Positions 6,816-14,603 of a DNA stretch of 42,259 nt are shown one piece after another. The translations under genes were made by a program, and so were the position numbers. Location: the IMG/VR virus record IMGVR_UViG_3300007048_000001. One strand, given 5' to 3'. Source of the stretch: a virus. The number at the start of each line of letters is the position of its first letter. Within the stretch, counting starts at the first letter, position 1. Under the pieces are notes generated by a model that was not told the DNA's origin, did no database searches, and saw only the letters and a program-made list of their open reading frames with translations.

Positions 6816-9296
6816 TTGGCGGGTAGGATTCCCCATTCAGCCCGGCGGAGGCGCCTTGCAGGTCATCCTGAGTGGGCTGAGGGCTTAAGGGCGGTGCTGA
6901 GGTACAGCGAGCAAGCCCGTGGTGCTGGGCCCTTATCGGCGCAGTACCGCCAGGAGGCCCGTGAGCGGGAACGCGCGGGCTGGGCGGCGGTCAACATGCG
7001 ATCTCGCCTCCAGCAGCTGGGGCGTGAATCCTGCACGGAATACGGCCGTGTTCTATTCACTCGCTATGCCGAACAAGTCACCATCGCGCTCGGCTTATTA
7101 CTTGAAGAATTAGTTGTTAATCCTACTAAGCCAGGTCCACATTTCGCGGCGTGGCCTTTACTTCTTCATGTCACCAAACGTGGGCCGCGGTCTCTTGCGG
7201 CGCTTTCACTCGATGTTGTCATTGGTCGAATCCAGCAACGTCTTGGTGAAAAGACCATTGCTCGTAAGATTGGTGTCTGTCTACAGGGTGAGCTCAGGGC
7301 TGGGAAGGTCGAGGAGAAAAGCGCTGAACTCGTTGCCCTGATTCGTAAGCGCAGCTCAGTTCGAGTGTTCAATACAAGTCAGATCCTCAAGGATCTTGAT
7401 CTCAATTGCAGCAGCTGGACGATAGCCGACAGGCAAGAAGTCGGGCATCTGATGTTGGAATTGATCGTGGGCAATACTGATCTTTTACGACGGACGCGTT
7501 CTGGGCTTGAGCCAACTGAAGCCACGCTTGAATTGATCAAGGCCAATCCACCTCGGCCCACCTCCACGAGGCGGTTACCCATGCTGGTGCCGCCTCGTGA
7601 TTGGCATGGGATGATCGGGGGTGGGCACCTCGACAACATCCTCCCTCTTGTTCGTAGCCAGGGGGGCCTCGATCGTTCTCACCTCACCCCCAAGACACTG
7701 TCTCCTGTTTTGGGGTTGGTGAATGGGTTGCAGCGTCAGCAGTTGCGGGTTGACCCGGTCATGGTTGGACTCCAGCGCGCTGCTTGGGATTGCGATCTCC
7801 GTGGTCTTTTCCCCGTCACGCGAGATCCACTCACGGTGCCCCCCAAGCCCTTGCTTCAGCGTGGTGGGGGGAAGGAGTACAGGCTTTGGCGAGAGGCGTG
7901 CCGCAAAGCGCACTACGACCGTACCCAGCATGCTTTCTTGCGGCAGTCCATTGATCGGTCGATCTGTATGGCGGAAGAGCTCGCGGGATTGCCGTTGTGG
8001 TTTTCGTACTGTCTCGACTTTCGTGGTCGGGTCTATACCAGCAATCGTCTGGTCACAAATCAGGGGCCTGATTGGGAGAAGGCTGCTGTGAACTTCACCC
8101 AATCCGAGCCCACGCCCCAGCCTAGCGGTCTTGACTGGATGCTCAAGGCCGCGGCCGGCCATTTCGGCATTCGTGACTCCTGGATGGCCAGGTTGGATTG
8201 GGCCCAAGCGCAAATCCCGGCGATGCGTGCGGTGGCGGCGGCACCGTTTGATCGGCTTGAGTTATGGCGTGATGCCAAGGATCCTTGGCAGTACCTGCAG
8301 TTATGCCAGGCCATCAGCCATCAGCTGGACCACCCGGGTGCACCGAGCACGGTGCCGATCAGGTTTGACCAGACCTGCAGTGGTCTTGGCATTTCAGCGG
8401 CGTTGATGCGTGATCATCGGCTTGCTGAACTCACCAATGTGGTGGGCACCACCCGGCAGGACATCTATACGCATCTCGCGGGGTTATTGCAAGAGCAGCT
8501 ACGGCTTGATCTGAGCAATGGGAATGATTATCGCCAGCGTCATGCTTCGACATGGCTTGATTTTGGCATCAATCGTTCTTTATGCAAGATGCCTGTTATT
8601 GCCGCGATGTACGGCGCTGGGCGGGGTGGTTTCGTTGATTATTTCGCATCGGAGTTGGAAGAGCGTGAAGCGGGCCGATTACCAGTGCAAGTATGGCAAA
8701 CGGCGTATATCTCCCCTGCTCGTTACATGGCGAACATGATGTTTCGTCTTCTTAGGCAGGAATTGCGTTCATGTTTTGTGCTGCAGCTCTGGTTACGTGT
8801 CGTGACCAAACAGGTGTTGTCCTGCAAGCGGGTGCTGCGGTGGTGTTCACCGAGTGGCTTCCCACTTCGGTTTGATGCGGCGTTTGATGCCAGGACGCGT
8901 GTCCGCACCTTGACCAAAGGGGCGAGGAGGTGGAAGGCATGGACTGATCATGCTGAGGTGGGTGAGCGTTCAGCGCGGGACACCAACCGGTCGATCACTG
9001 CTAACACGGTCCATTCGTTTGATGCGGCGTTGTGTCATGGGGTGATTGGCCGTTGTTTGGATGGTGGGGTGCAGCTCTTGACGAATCATGACTGCTTCGC
9101 CGTAACGCCTGCTCATGCTGGCTGGCTGCACGGTATGCTTCACGACGAGCTGAGGCGATTGTATGCGATGGATTGGTTGACAGATGTGGTCGGCCAAGTT
9201 GCGCGTCATTCTGGGTTAGGGGGTCTCCCGGCGCCACCCTTGGTGGGCACGCTTGATCCAGCCAAGATTGGCAACAATCCTCATTGTTTTTGTTGA
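6816..9296 (+). CDS. Single-subunit DNA-directed RNA polymerase (T7 gp1-like); start codon uncertain (TTG 6816, GTG 6894 or ATG 6996)
   Basis: Motif A is PIRFDQTCSGLGISAALMRD (compare T7 DGSCSGIQH). Motif B is RSLCKMPVIAAMYGAG (compare T7 RSVTKRSVMTLAYGS). Motif C is LLTNHDCFAV (compare T7 HDSFG). The length is about 770-826 aa. Confidence 0.93.
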   Translation: MAGRIPHSARRRRLAGHPEWAEGLRAVLRYSEQARGAGPLSAQYRQEARERERAGWAAVNMRSRLQQLGRESCTEYGRVLFTRYAEQVTIALGLLLEELVVNPTKPGPHFAAWPLLLHVTKRGPRSLAALSLDVVIGRIQQRLGEKTIARKIGVCLQGELRAGKVEEKSAELVALIRKRSSVRVFNTSQILKDLDLNCSSWTIADRQEVGHLMLELIVGNTDLLRRTRSGLEPTEATLELIKANPPRPTSTRRLPMLVPPRDWHGMIGGGHLDNILPLVRSQGGLDRSHLTPKTLSPVLGLVNGLQRQQLRVDPVMVGLQRAAWDCDLRGLFPVTRDPLTVPPKPLLQRGGGKEYRLWREACRKAHYDRTQHAFLRQSIDRSICMAEELAGLPLWFSYCLDFRGRVYTSNRLVTNQGPDWEKAAVNFTQSEPTPQPSGLDWMLKAAAGHFGIRDSWMARLDWAQAQIPAMRAVAAAPFDRLELWRDAKDPWQYLQLCQAISHQLDHPGAPSTVPIRFDQTCSGLGISAALMRDHRLAELTNVVGTTRQDIYTHLAGLLQEQLRLDLSNGNDYRQRHASTWLDFGINRSLCKMPVIAAMYGAGRGGFVDYFASELEEREAGRLPVQVWQTAYISPARYMANMMFRLLRQELRSCFVLQLWLRVVTKQVLSCKRVLRWCSPSGFPLRFDAAFDARTRVRTLTKGARRWKAWTDHAEVGERSARDTNRSITANTVHSFDAALCHGVIGRCLDGGVQLLTNHDCFAVTPAHAGWLHGMLHDELRRLYAMDWLTDVVGQVARHSGLGGLPAPPLVGTLDPAKIGNNPHCFC

Positions 9297-9329
9297 CTAG
9301 TTAGATTGTTCTTGTCCTGCTGACTTGTT

Positions 9330-10037
9330 ATGGCAAAGCAACTCTGTGTATCACCTGTTGGTGAAGCGTTATGGGCGAAGTTGTTTCAGCCTGACTTTGG
9401 GTTTGACAAGAATGGTCGTCGTTATTGGTCGATCGACCTTCTTTTAGATACAGGAAGCGATGAGTGCATTGCATTCGTCGATCAACTCGAGCGTATTTTT
9501 GCCGAGATCCATGGGGCCAATGCCAAGGCTGCGCAACGTGGGTGGCCCTTTGCTGATGAGGTCGACAAGAACAACGTCCTCACGGGGCGTTATCGGTTCA
9601 GGTTTAAGCGAAGTGAAACGACGACTCGTGGGATGATCATGGCGGCCCCGGTGGTCGTTGACGCCAAGCGCCAGTTGTGGCGAGAGGATGTTCTGATTGG
9701 CAATGGGTCGCGGATCAAGGTTGCCTTCAGCCCGTGGGGCTGGCCAGGCCAGCGGCCTGGTGAGCGTGGGCTAAGTCTGAATCTTGAGTCCGTCCAAGTG
9801 CTTGACCTGGTCGAGTATGAACGTTTGGACCCGATCAGTGGATTTTCTGAAGAGGAAGGGTTCACGATTGAGCCTTATGGCAGTGACTCTCCTGAAGCGA
9901 TTCCTCTTGATGCCCCACAGGCCATGAGCATTGCTGAGCGTTTGAGGCAAAGGGCGGCCCCGCCACAGAAGGACTTACCGACGCTGGTGGCCACCATGCC
10001 CCCCGGGGCGTTAGGGGAAGAGGAAATCCCCTTTTGA
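9330..10037 (+). CDS. Single-stranded DNA-binding protein (T7 gp2.5-like)
   Basis: 235 aa. The N-terminus MAKQLCVSPVGEALWAKLFQPDFG parallels T7 gp2.5 MAKKIFTSALGTAEPYAYIAKPDYG. It contains GSRIKVAFSPWGW...LSLNLESVQVLDL and ends in an acidic tail with an aromatic last residue (GEEEIPF), as in gp2.5. Confidence 0.8.
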   Translation: MAKQLCVSPVGEALWAKLFQPDFGFDKNGRRYWSIDLLLDTGSDECIAFVDQLERIFAEIHGANAKAAQRGWPFADEVDKNNVLTGRYRFRFKRSETTTRGMIMAAPVVVDAKRQLWREDVLIGNGSRIKVAFSPWGWPGQRPGERGLSLNLESVQVLDLVEYERLDPISGFSEEEGFTIEPYGSDSPEAIPLDAPQAMSIAERLRQRAAPPQKDLPTLVATMPPGALGEEEIPF

Positions 10038-10414
10038 CCTTGCAATTGGCCGAGATCAGATTGCAAGTCCCGCTTCAGCCAAAAGATCGCCCCCGTGCCA
10101 GTACAAAGGATGGAGTCCTCCGTTCTCATCGAAACCCCAAGTATGTTGCCTGGATGAAGAAGGCCCGTGCTCTTCTCCAAAAGCATTGGGTGGGGCCTCT
10201 TTTGACGGGGAAGACCCTTATTAGTGTCCGGATGATGTTTTATGGGCCTGGTCGTTCAGATCTAGATAACCTCGTTGGGGCTGTCTTGGATGCAGGGACG
10301 GGCATTATCTGGGTTGATGACCGGGTGACGATTGTCAGGTATGTTGAGGCTAGCTGGAAACAGAAGCCCATCAAGGATCAATCCATTTATCTAGGTATTA
10401 TCTACGATGGCTAA
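10034..10414 (+). CDS. RusA-family Holliday junction resolvase
   Basis: 126 aa. The pattern RPR...K.Y..W...A (KDRPRASTKDG...NPKYVAWMKKA) and the motif SDLDNLVGAVLDAGTGIIWVDDRVTIV match the RusA catalytic Asp cluster. The start overlaps the SSB stop. Confidence 0.75.
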   Translation: MTLQLAEIRLQVPLQPKDRPRASTKDGVLRSHRNPKYVAWMKKARALLQKHWVGPLLTGKTLISVRMMFYGPGRSDLDNLVGAVLDAGTGIIWVDDRVTIVRYVEASWKQKPIKDQSIYLGIIYDG

Positions 10415-10679
10415 TCCACTAGAGAGCACGGCCCAAGATTTCATTGCCCGAAGCATGAAAGCGGGTGAGGATCTATTTGTGGTCAGGGTTAGTGCCCTTG
10501 AGGAAATGCAACACTTGGCGAGGGAAACTCTTTTAACAGCGGAGTGCGAGAGCAGAGAGGCCTACGTGGCAGGGTACATAGAGGCGCTAGGCCATATTCT
10601 TCAGGCCGTTTATCATATGCAGAACAAGGCCAGACGGAGAGGCCGGGCGGGCTTTGTGGAGTTCGATTGCCCAGAATGA
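10407..10679 (+). CDS. Hypothetical protein
   Basis: 90-aa ORF with balanced composition, overlapping its neighbours at both ends. Confidence 0.6.
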   Translation: MANPLESTAQDFIARSMKAGEDLFVVRVSALEEMQHLARETLLTAECESREAYVAGYIEALGHILQAVYHMQNKARRRGRAGFVEFDCPE

Positions 10680-10754
10680 TGACTGACGATGAGTTGACAC
10701 CAGAGCAATGGCGCGCTTACGTGCAGCAGCTGCAGAACGAGATGTGGTTCAGTA

Positions 10755-10970
10755 GTGCTGAAGCGGGTTCTCTCGACAGAAGGGCGACAGGCCCTTCTCG
10801 AGCGGGGGTTGTTGACGGGGAAGTGGTCGACCCTGCAGTTCAACAAGCAAGGGTTAGAGGTGACGCTACCGACGGTCGTGTTCTTGCGCGACCACCCTGA
10901 GTTTCATGATGTGTCCTTCCGTGACCTACGTGCTTATCATCGGTTCCACGTGTTAAGACGACAAGAATGA
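10755..10970 (+). CDS. Hypothetical protein; the 5' boundary is problematic (see the frameshift finding for 10676..10970)
   Basis: The frame looks coding-like from about 10770 (EGRQALLERGLLTGKWSTLQFNKQGLEVTLPTVVFLRDHPEF). Its stop overlaps the next ATG (ATGA at 10967). The only in-frame start is GTG 10755. Confidence 0.5.
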   Translation: MLKRVLSTEGRQALLERGLLTGKWSTLQFNKQGLEVTLPTVVFLRDHPEFHDVSFRDLRAYHRFHVLRRQE

Positions 10971-11185
10971 CTCAGCTTTCTACTAGTCAAGTTGCGTTGC
11001 GCTATGGCTTTAGCACGTCCACCTTACGAAGGTGGAGGATGCGAGGTGTGGGTCCAAGGTTCACGGCCATCAAGAGGGGTCCGTATCACAAGACGCATCT
11101 TTATGCCATGAGGGATCTTCTTGCTTGGGAACGCGAGTTTGACATTAAGCCAATACGCGATACACCATCCACAGATCTTAAGTAA
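10967..11185 (+). CDS. Helix-turn-helix DNA-binding protein (excisionase/AlpA/MerR-like HTH)
   Basis: 72 aa. LSTSQVALRYGFSTSTLRRWRMRGVGPRF...YAMRDLLAW fits the HTH_17-type pattern (lt..eaA..lgvs..tl.rW...G.gP ... y...dl..W). Confidence 0.6.
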   Translation: MTQLSTSQVALRYGFSTSTLRRWRMRGVGPRFTAIKRGPYHKTHLYAMRDLLAWEREFDIKPIRDTPSTDLK

Positions 11186-12450
11186 TGACTGACTCACTCA
11201 TGACGACACCACGCATTGATTGGACTGCTGTTGAGCGCAACGGCGTTTACTACAACTTCAAGGGCGTCACCGCTGAAGGGCTCACGCTCGCTGACCGTGG
11301 CTGGCGTCCACAGGTCGTGGGGGTTGATAAGCCTGGAGATTACCGGGTCAAGTTGTTTGCCGGTACCTCCGGCATGGAAGAAGGCGATGTCCTAGAGGTC
11401 CAGCTTCGAGAGGCGCGTCTTGAGTTCGTCTGTGAAGCGGATGGTTTGCTGCAGGCCGGGTTTGCTGATAGCAGCGGCTTCCATGCACTCTTGGCCCAGC
11501 CACGCCCAGAGAGCTCATACGGGGGGGCAGGGGCCCCCACCGGCATGATTGATGCCTGCCTCGAGGGCACCTTTAGTACTGAGATCATCGATGGGGGTGA
11601 GTTCGGTGGCAAGTGCGAAGGGGACTTCCCTGACCCACCTGAATGGATGGGCGAGGGAGTGCGCGTCTTTATCACACCAGAGCCCTACGTCTCCGGGGGT
11701 GGGACGAGCTTACGTGTTGTCTGCCCTAATGCCTCACAGAAGGTCCTAGGGCGGCTCAGGCACCTACGCATCAACGGCGTCTGGATGGGATGGATGCCCT
11801 ATAGCTACAAGCGCAGCCGCCTTGACTTGTACTTGATGCCAGATCCGCGTGATGCAGATCAGATCCGTGACTACGACGGTGCACTGATCCCCAATGAAGC
11901 GCCGCCGATGCGCGACACCTACAACCTGCGCCCATTCTTTTACAAGTACATCCCTGGTGCGCGCCCCTATCGTAACTGGACGGGCGAAGCAGCGAAGATC
12001 TACGGCCCTTGGCGGGAAGCGGTCTATGAATGGCAGCGCTACAGCAATTTAGGCACTACCTACGGTCAGTGGAAGCTGTATCAGGAGGCCGCCGCTCGGG
12101 ACTATGTAGCCGCAAAGAAGAAGTCTGATGCAGCTGAGCAGATTTATCGCCGGCGCCCACCAGCCTATGCGGACTACTTGATTGAGCCTTTTGCCGAGGA
12201 GACCAAGAACGAAAAACGCTGGGGTGCTGTTTACCGTTTACGGAATGAAGCGCAGGCTTGCGTAAAAGGGGCTGACAAGGCCCAGGCAATGGCGGACTAC
12301 ATCATGGATGGTGCAGAGCCCACCCCAGAGCGCCCGGAGGGCTCTCCTGGCCTTCGGGGGTGCTATGCAGCAAGAGACAAGTGTGATCAGATCTTAATCG
12401 GCTTTGAAGACAAATACCGCGACCAGATCACTGCCTATTTCTCGATGTAG
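11185..12450 (+). CDS. Hypothetical protein, 421 aa
   Basis: Long ORF with coding-like composition, and its start overlaps the upstream stop. No motif recognised, and no polymerase, primase or helicase signature seen by eye. Confidence 0.7.
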   Translation: MTDSLMTTPRIDWTAVERNGVYYNFKGVTAEGLTLADRGWRPQVVGVDKPGDYRVKLFAGTSGMEEGDVLEVQLREARLEFVCEADGLLQAGFADSSGFHALLAQPRPESSYGGAGAPTGMIDACLEGTFSTEIIDGGEFGGKCEGDFPDPPEWMGEGVRVFITPEPYVSGGGTSLRVVCPNASQKVLGRLRHLRINGVWMGWMPYSYKRSRLDLYLMPDPRDADQIRDYDGALIPNEAPPMRDTYNLRPFFYKYIPGARPYRNWTGEAAKIYGPWREAVYEWQRYSNLGTTYGQWKLYQEAAARDYVAAKKKSDAAEQIYRRRPPAYADYLIEPFAEETKNEKRWGAVYRLRNEAQACVKGADKAQAMADYIMDGAEPTPERPEGSPGLRGCYAARDKCDQILIGFEDKYRDQITAYFSM

Positions 12451-12550
12451 GTGCTAGGCTTGACATGAGCCACACGAGGCTTTGCGTGGCTCGCTGGCGC
12501 GCTCTCCCGTTAGGGGCCTTCCCCTGATGGGGGAGCCTTAACAGATTGAT

Positions 12551-12796
12551 GTGATGATGACTGAATCAAACCCTGAGGATCTTTACTTGGTTGAGGTTCA
12601 ATTGCCTTCTAGTGGAGAATGGATCGCCATCTCTAAGCACGACAACTACGACAGCGCGAGTGCTTTTGGCTGGGCATGCGTCAACCCCCTCCCATGGCGG
12701 CTTCGCCCCACCAGTTACCCGCCCCTAGACTCAAATGACTCAATTCGAAAAGATGAAGCCCGAGCCAAGGCGCCCAGTGTGGGCCCTCGAAGTTAA
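12551..12796 (+). CDS. Hypothetical small protein
   Basis: 81-aa ORF (GTG ATG ATG start cluster) with N-terminal half LYLVEVQLPSSGEWIAISKHDNYDSASAFGWA. Confidence 0.5.
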   Translation: MMMTESNPEDLYLVEVQLPSSGEWIAISKHDNYDSASAFGWACVNPLPWRLRPTSYPPLDSNDSIRKDEARAKAPSVGPRS

Positions 12797-12914
12797 GGCT
12801 GCAGATGATAGGTGGGTCGTGCGCTCTACCCATGCCAGTGAGCACGAGACCTATCTCGCGAGAAGCAAGGGCACGTATAAACCGGGCTGGTCACGGATTA
12901 GACGAATCAGCTAG
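12753..12914 (+). CDS. Hypothetical 53-aa protein (below the ORF-track cutoff), apparent paralog of the previous ORF
   Basis: Hand translation gives MKPEPRRPVWALEVKAADDRWVVRSTHASEHETYLARSKGTYKPGWSRIRRIS. It shares the pattern hydrophobic-x-LEV-x6-W-x3-S-x-H with 12551..12796. Confidence 0.4.
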   Translation: MKPEPRRPVWALEVKAADDRWVVRSTHASEHETYLARSKGTYKPGWSRIRRIS

Positions 12915-12976
12915 GCTGTTCAAGCCACGCTGAGTGACTATAGATGTCGGCTGCGTGGTTACTGGCAATCCTCCTG

Positions 12977-13009
12977 CCCCAAGGCCCCTCCGCCTTGGGG
13001 TTCTTTCTT
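12977..13009 (+). terminator. Rho-independent terminator ending the + strand early/middle unit
   Basis: CCCCAAGG (12977-12984) pairs with CCTTGGGG (12993-13000), with an 8-nt loop and then TTCTTTCTT. Confidence 0.65.
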
Positions 13010-13017
13010 GGCAGCAC

Positions 13018-13050
13018 AAAGCCCCCAAGGGCTGGGGTCATGGGGGCTTT
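13018..13050 (-). terminator. Hairpin likely terminating the - strand two-gene cassette
   Basis: AAAGCCCCC (13018-13026) pairs with GGGGGCTTT (13042-13050). On the - strand the stem is followed by TTTGTG. It lies 100 nt beyond the stop of 13151..13747. Confidence 0.45.
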
Positions 13051-13150
13051 GGCGGCCGGTTCCGTTCAGGTGAGCACTTGAACGAGCCCTAGTGGCCCAG
13101 CCATCCCGGGTTGAGCCATTGAGAGAATGGTAACACGCGTTGTGCTGAAG

Positions 13151-13747
13151 TCAAAGTGGAGTGTCAGGGGGTTTGCCCTTCATGCGCCTCTCGACTTCTG
13201 CCCATAAGCGTCTAAGGACACTGTGAGCTTGCGCTTCTAGGTCGATCACGTACCGCCTTAGCCCCGGGTTTGTCGTGGTGTCTCTTTGTATGTCTTTAAG
13301 GAGTTTGTCATTTGCCCCGATCTGCCATTTTATATCTTTTATGTCCCATCGCTCTAGTGGCGTTTCCATCAGCCTGTTCCAGTTATCTTTACTCCTCTTG
13401 ACTAGTTCTTCTAAGGCAAAAGCTGGTGGTTTGTTGGCTCTATTTATTTCCTTCTCACTTCGACCCCTGAACTCATTGTCGAGTTCTTTGAGTCGCCTCC
13501 TCAAGGTCCTCGCCATTTTATTCTTGTCTTTTGGTAGGCCTAGATGTTTTTTGATCAAGCGTTGCCACAAGTTCCCACCTTGACGCATGTCAGTGAGGAT
13601 CCTGCCGATAAAGTCTCGTTCCTTGATGATCTGCCGCACACTGTATCGAACCAGTGGGAGGCCATACCGGAACACGGGGAGTGCCGCTAGTGTCGTGCCC
13701 GACGTGGGCGCTTTTACGGATGGTGCTTGAATGTTGAGCCCGTTCAT
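13151..13747 (-). CDS. Hypothetical protein, cassette member B (paralog of 13752..14591)
   Basis: 198 aa, Lys/Arg/Glu-rich and helical. The N-terminus is MNGLNIQAP. The C-terminal region (PLERW...LRRLWAEVERR) parallels the upstream protein (PLSQW...LKDLWDELNRR). The DNA is AT-richer. Confidence 0.7.
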   Translation of the reverse strand: MNGLNIQAPSVKAPTSGTTLAALPVFRYGLPLVRYSVRQIIKERDFIGRILTDMRQGGNLWQRLIKKHLGLPKDKNKMARTLRRRLKELDNEFRGRSEKEINRANKPPAFALEELVKRSKDNWNRLMETPLERWDIKDIKWQIGANDKLLKDIQRDTTTNPGLRRYVIDLEAQAHSVLRRLWAEVERRMKGKPPDTPL

Positions 13748-13751
13748 CGCG

Positions 13752-14591
13752 TTAAGGTCGGCGGCGATTTAGTTCGTCCCACAAGTCTTTGAGTTGGATT
13801 GCCATGTTTATGGCCTCGGCAACAAACCCAAAGATTCCCCGTTCTTGCAGCCATCTTCGCAGTCTCTCGAGCTCGTTGATTCGCATCTCGATAAAAAGAG
13901 TGGGCCATTGGCTTAGTGGTTTGGCTAAGAGGCTTTTCCGAAAGTTGTCGGTGTCAAGAGCCTCCTCTCTTGGTGTCTTGGGGTCTGGCATCTCATCAAT
14001 CCAAGAGGGGTCCCCATGCCGAGGGGGCCATTCGCTTCGATCTTCACTCGGCTTCTGCCTCCACTTTTTCGTATTTATCATTCCTTGTGTGTTCCGTTTG
14101 CGGATCTCGGTGTTTACGGCGTCTAGATACTGAATGAGTTGTTCGAACTGACTGGTCTGTCGGTTGTTAAGGTTGGGGGTATTATCTAGTATCCTAATTA
14201 TGTGTGTCACCCTTGAGGCTTCTTGAGCTAGCTCGCGGTCGCTATACCGCGTAAGTGCTTTAAATCCACGTTGCGGCTTGCCTGTCTCTAGAGGTGGCGT
14301 GAGAGGCGGAAGTTGAAAATCAGGGTTCCCTTTCCTCAGATCTGGATCTGAGGGCAAGTGCTGGATGGGGTCTCCCTTCCTGTCATACGGGTCGACGGGC
14401 ATATGATCTGGGAACTCCCCGGGGAACCTTGCCCCTGGTGGCCGTGGTGGGCCTTTACCGCTTGAGCCACCGCCTCCAGTGCGGGGGATTCGGGGGGTCT
14501 TTGCCAGCTCTATCTTTGCTGGCACAGTTTGCATTGGTATGTTCAGACTGCTTTTGTTGTCCTCTGGTGCCGTGATGTTTAGAGTCCTCAT
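13752..14591 (-). CDS. Hypothetical protein, cassette member A
   Basis: 279 aa. The N-terminus is MRTLNITAP, followed by a Gly/Pro-rich disordered stretch and a helical C-terminal half. The ATG lies 12 nt from the divergent exonuclease ATG (14604). Confidence 0.7.
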   Translation of the reverse strand: MRTLNITAPEDNKSSLNIPMQTVPAKIELAKTPRIPRTGGGGSSGKGPPRPPGARFPGEFPDHMPVDPYDRKGDPIQHLPSDPDLRKGNPDFQLPPLTPPLETGKPQRGFKALTRYSDRELAQEASRVTHIIRILDNTPNLNNRQTSQFEQLIQYLDAVNTEIRKRNTQGMINTKKWRQKPSEDRSEWPPRHGDPSWIDEMPDPKTPREEALDTDNFRKSLLAKPLSQWPTLFIEMRINELERLRRWLQERGIFGFVAEAINMAIQLKDLWDELNRRRP

Positions 14592-14603
14592 TCGTTGTCT
14601 TCC

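Noticed and set aside
7575-8213. Long antisense or alternative-frame ORFs inside large genes (7575..8213, 30339..30935, 32463..33236, 33268..33855, 37104..37589, 37833..38258, 21866..22360, 15103..15348)
   Set aside because: All lie within strongly supported genes (RNAP, core proteins, recombinase, tail tube A, exonuclease). All have Arg/Ser/Pro/Gly-rich compositions typical of shadow frames in GC-rich DNA.
10544-10675. Upstream extension of the 118-aa track ORF 10544..10900
   Set aside because: This part overlaps the well-formed 90-aa gene 10407..10679 in another frame and is Arg/Gly-rich. Only the portion from ATG 10676 looks coding (see the frameshift finding).
10967-11185. The excisionase-like HTH plus the serine recombinase as a lysogeny (integration/excision) module
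   Set aside because: The recombinase is a small resolvase/invertase type without the large C-terminal domain of serine integrases. The HTH gene is 26 kb away inside the replication module. I identified no attachment site or repressor, so there is not enough evidence to call the phage temperate.
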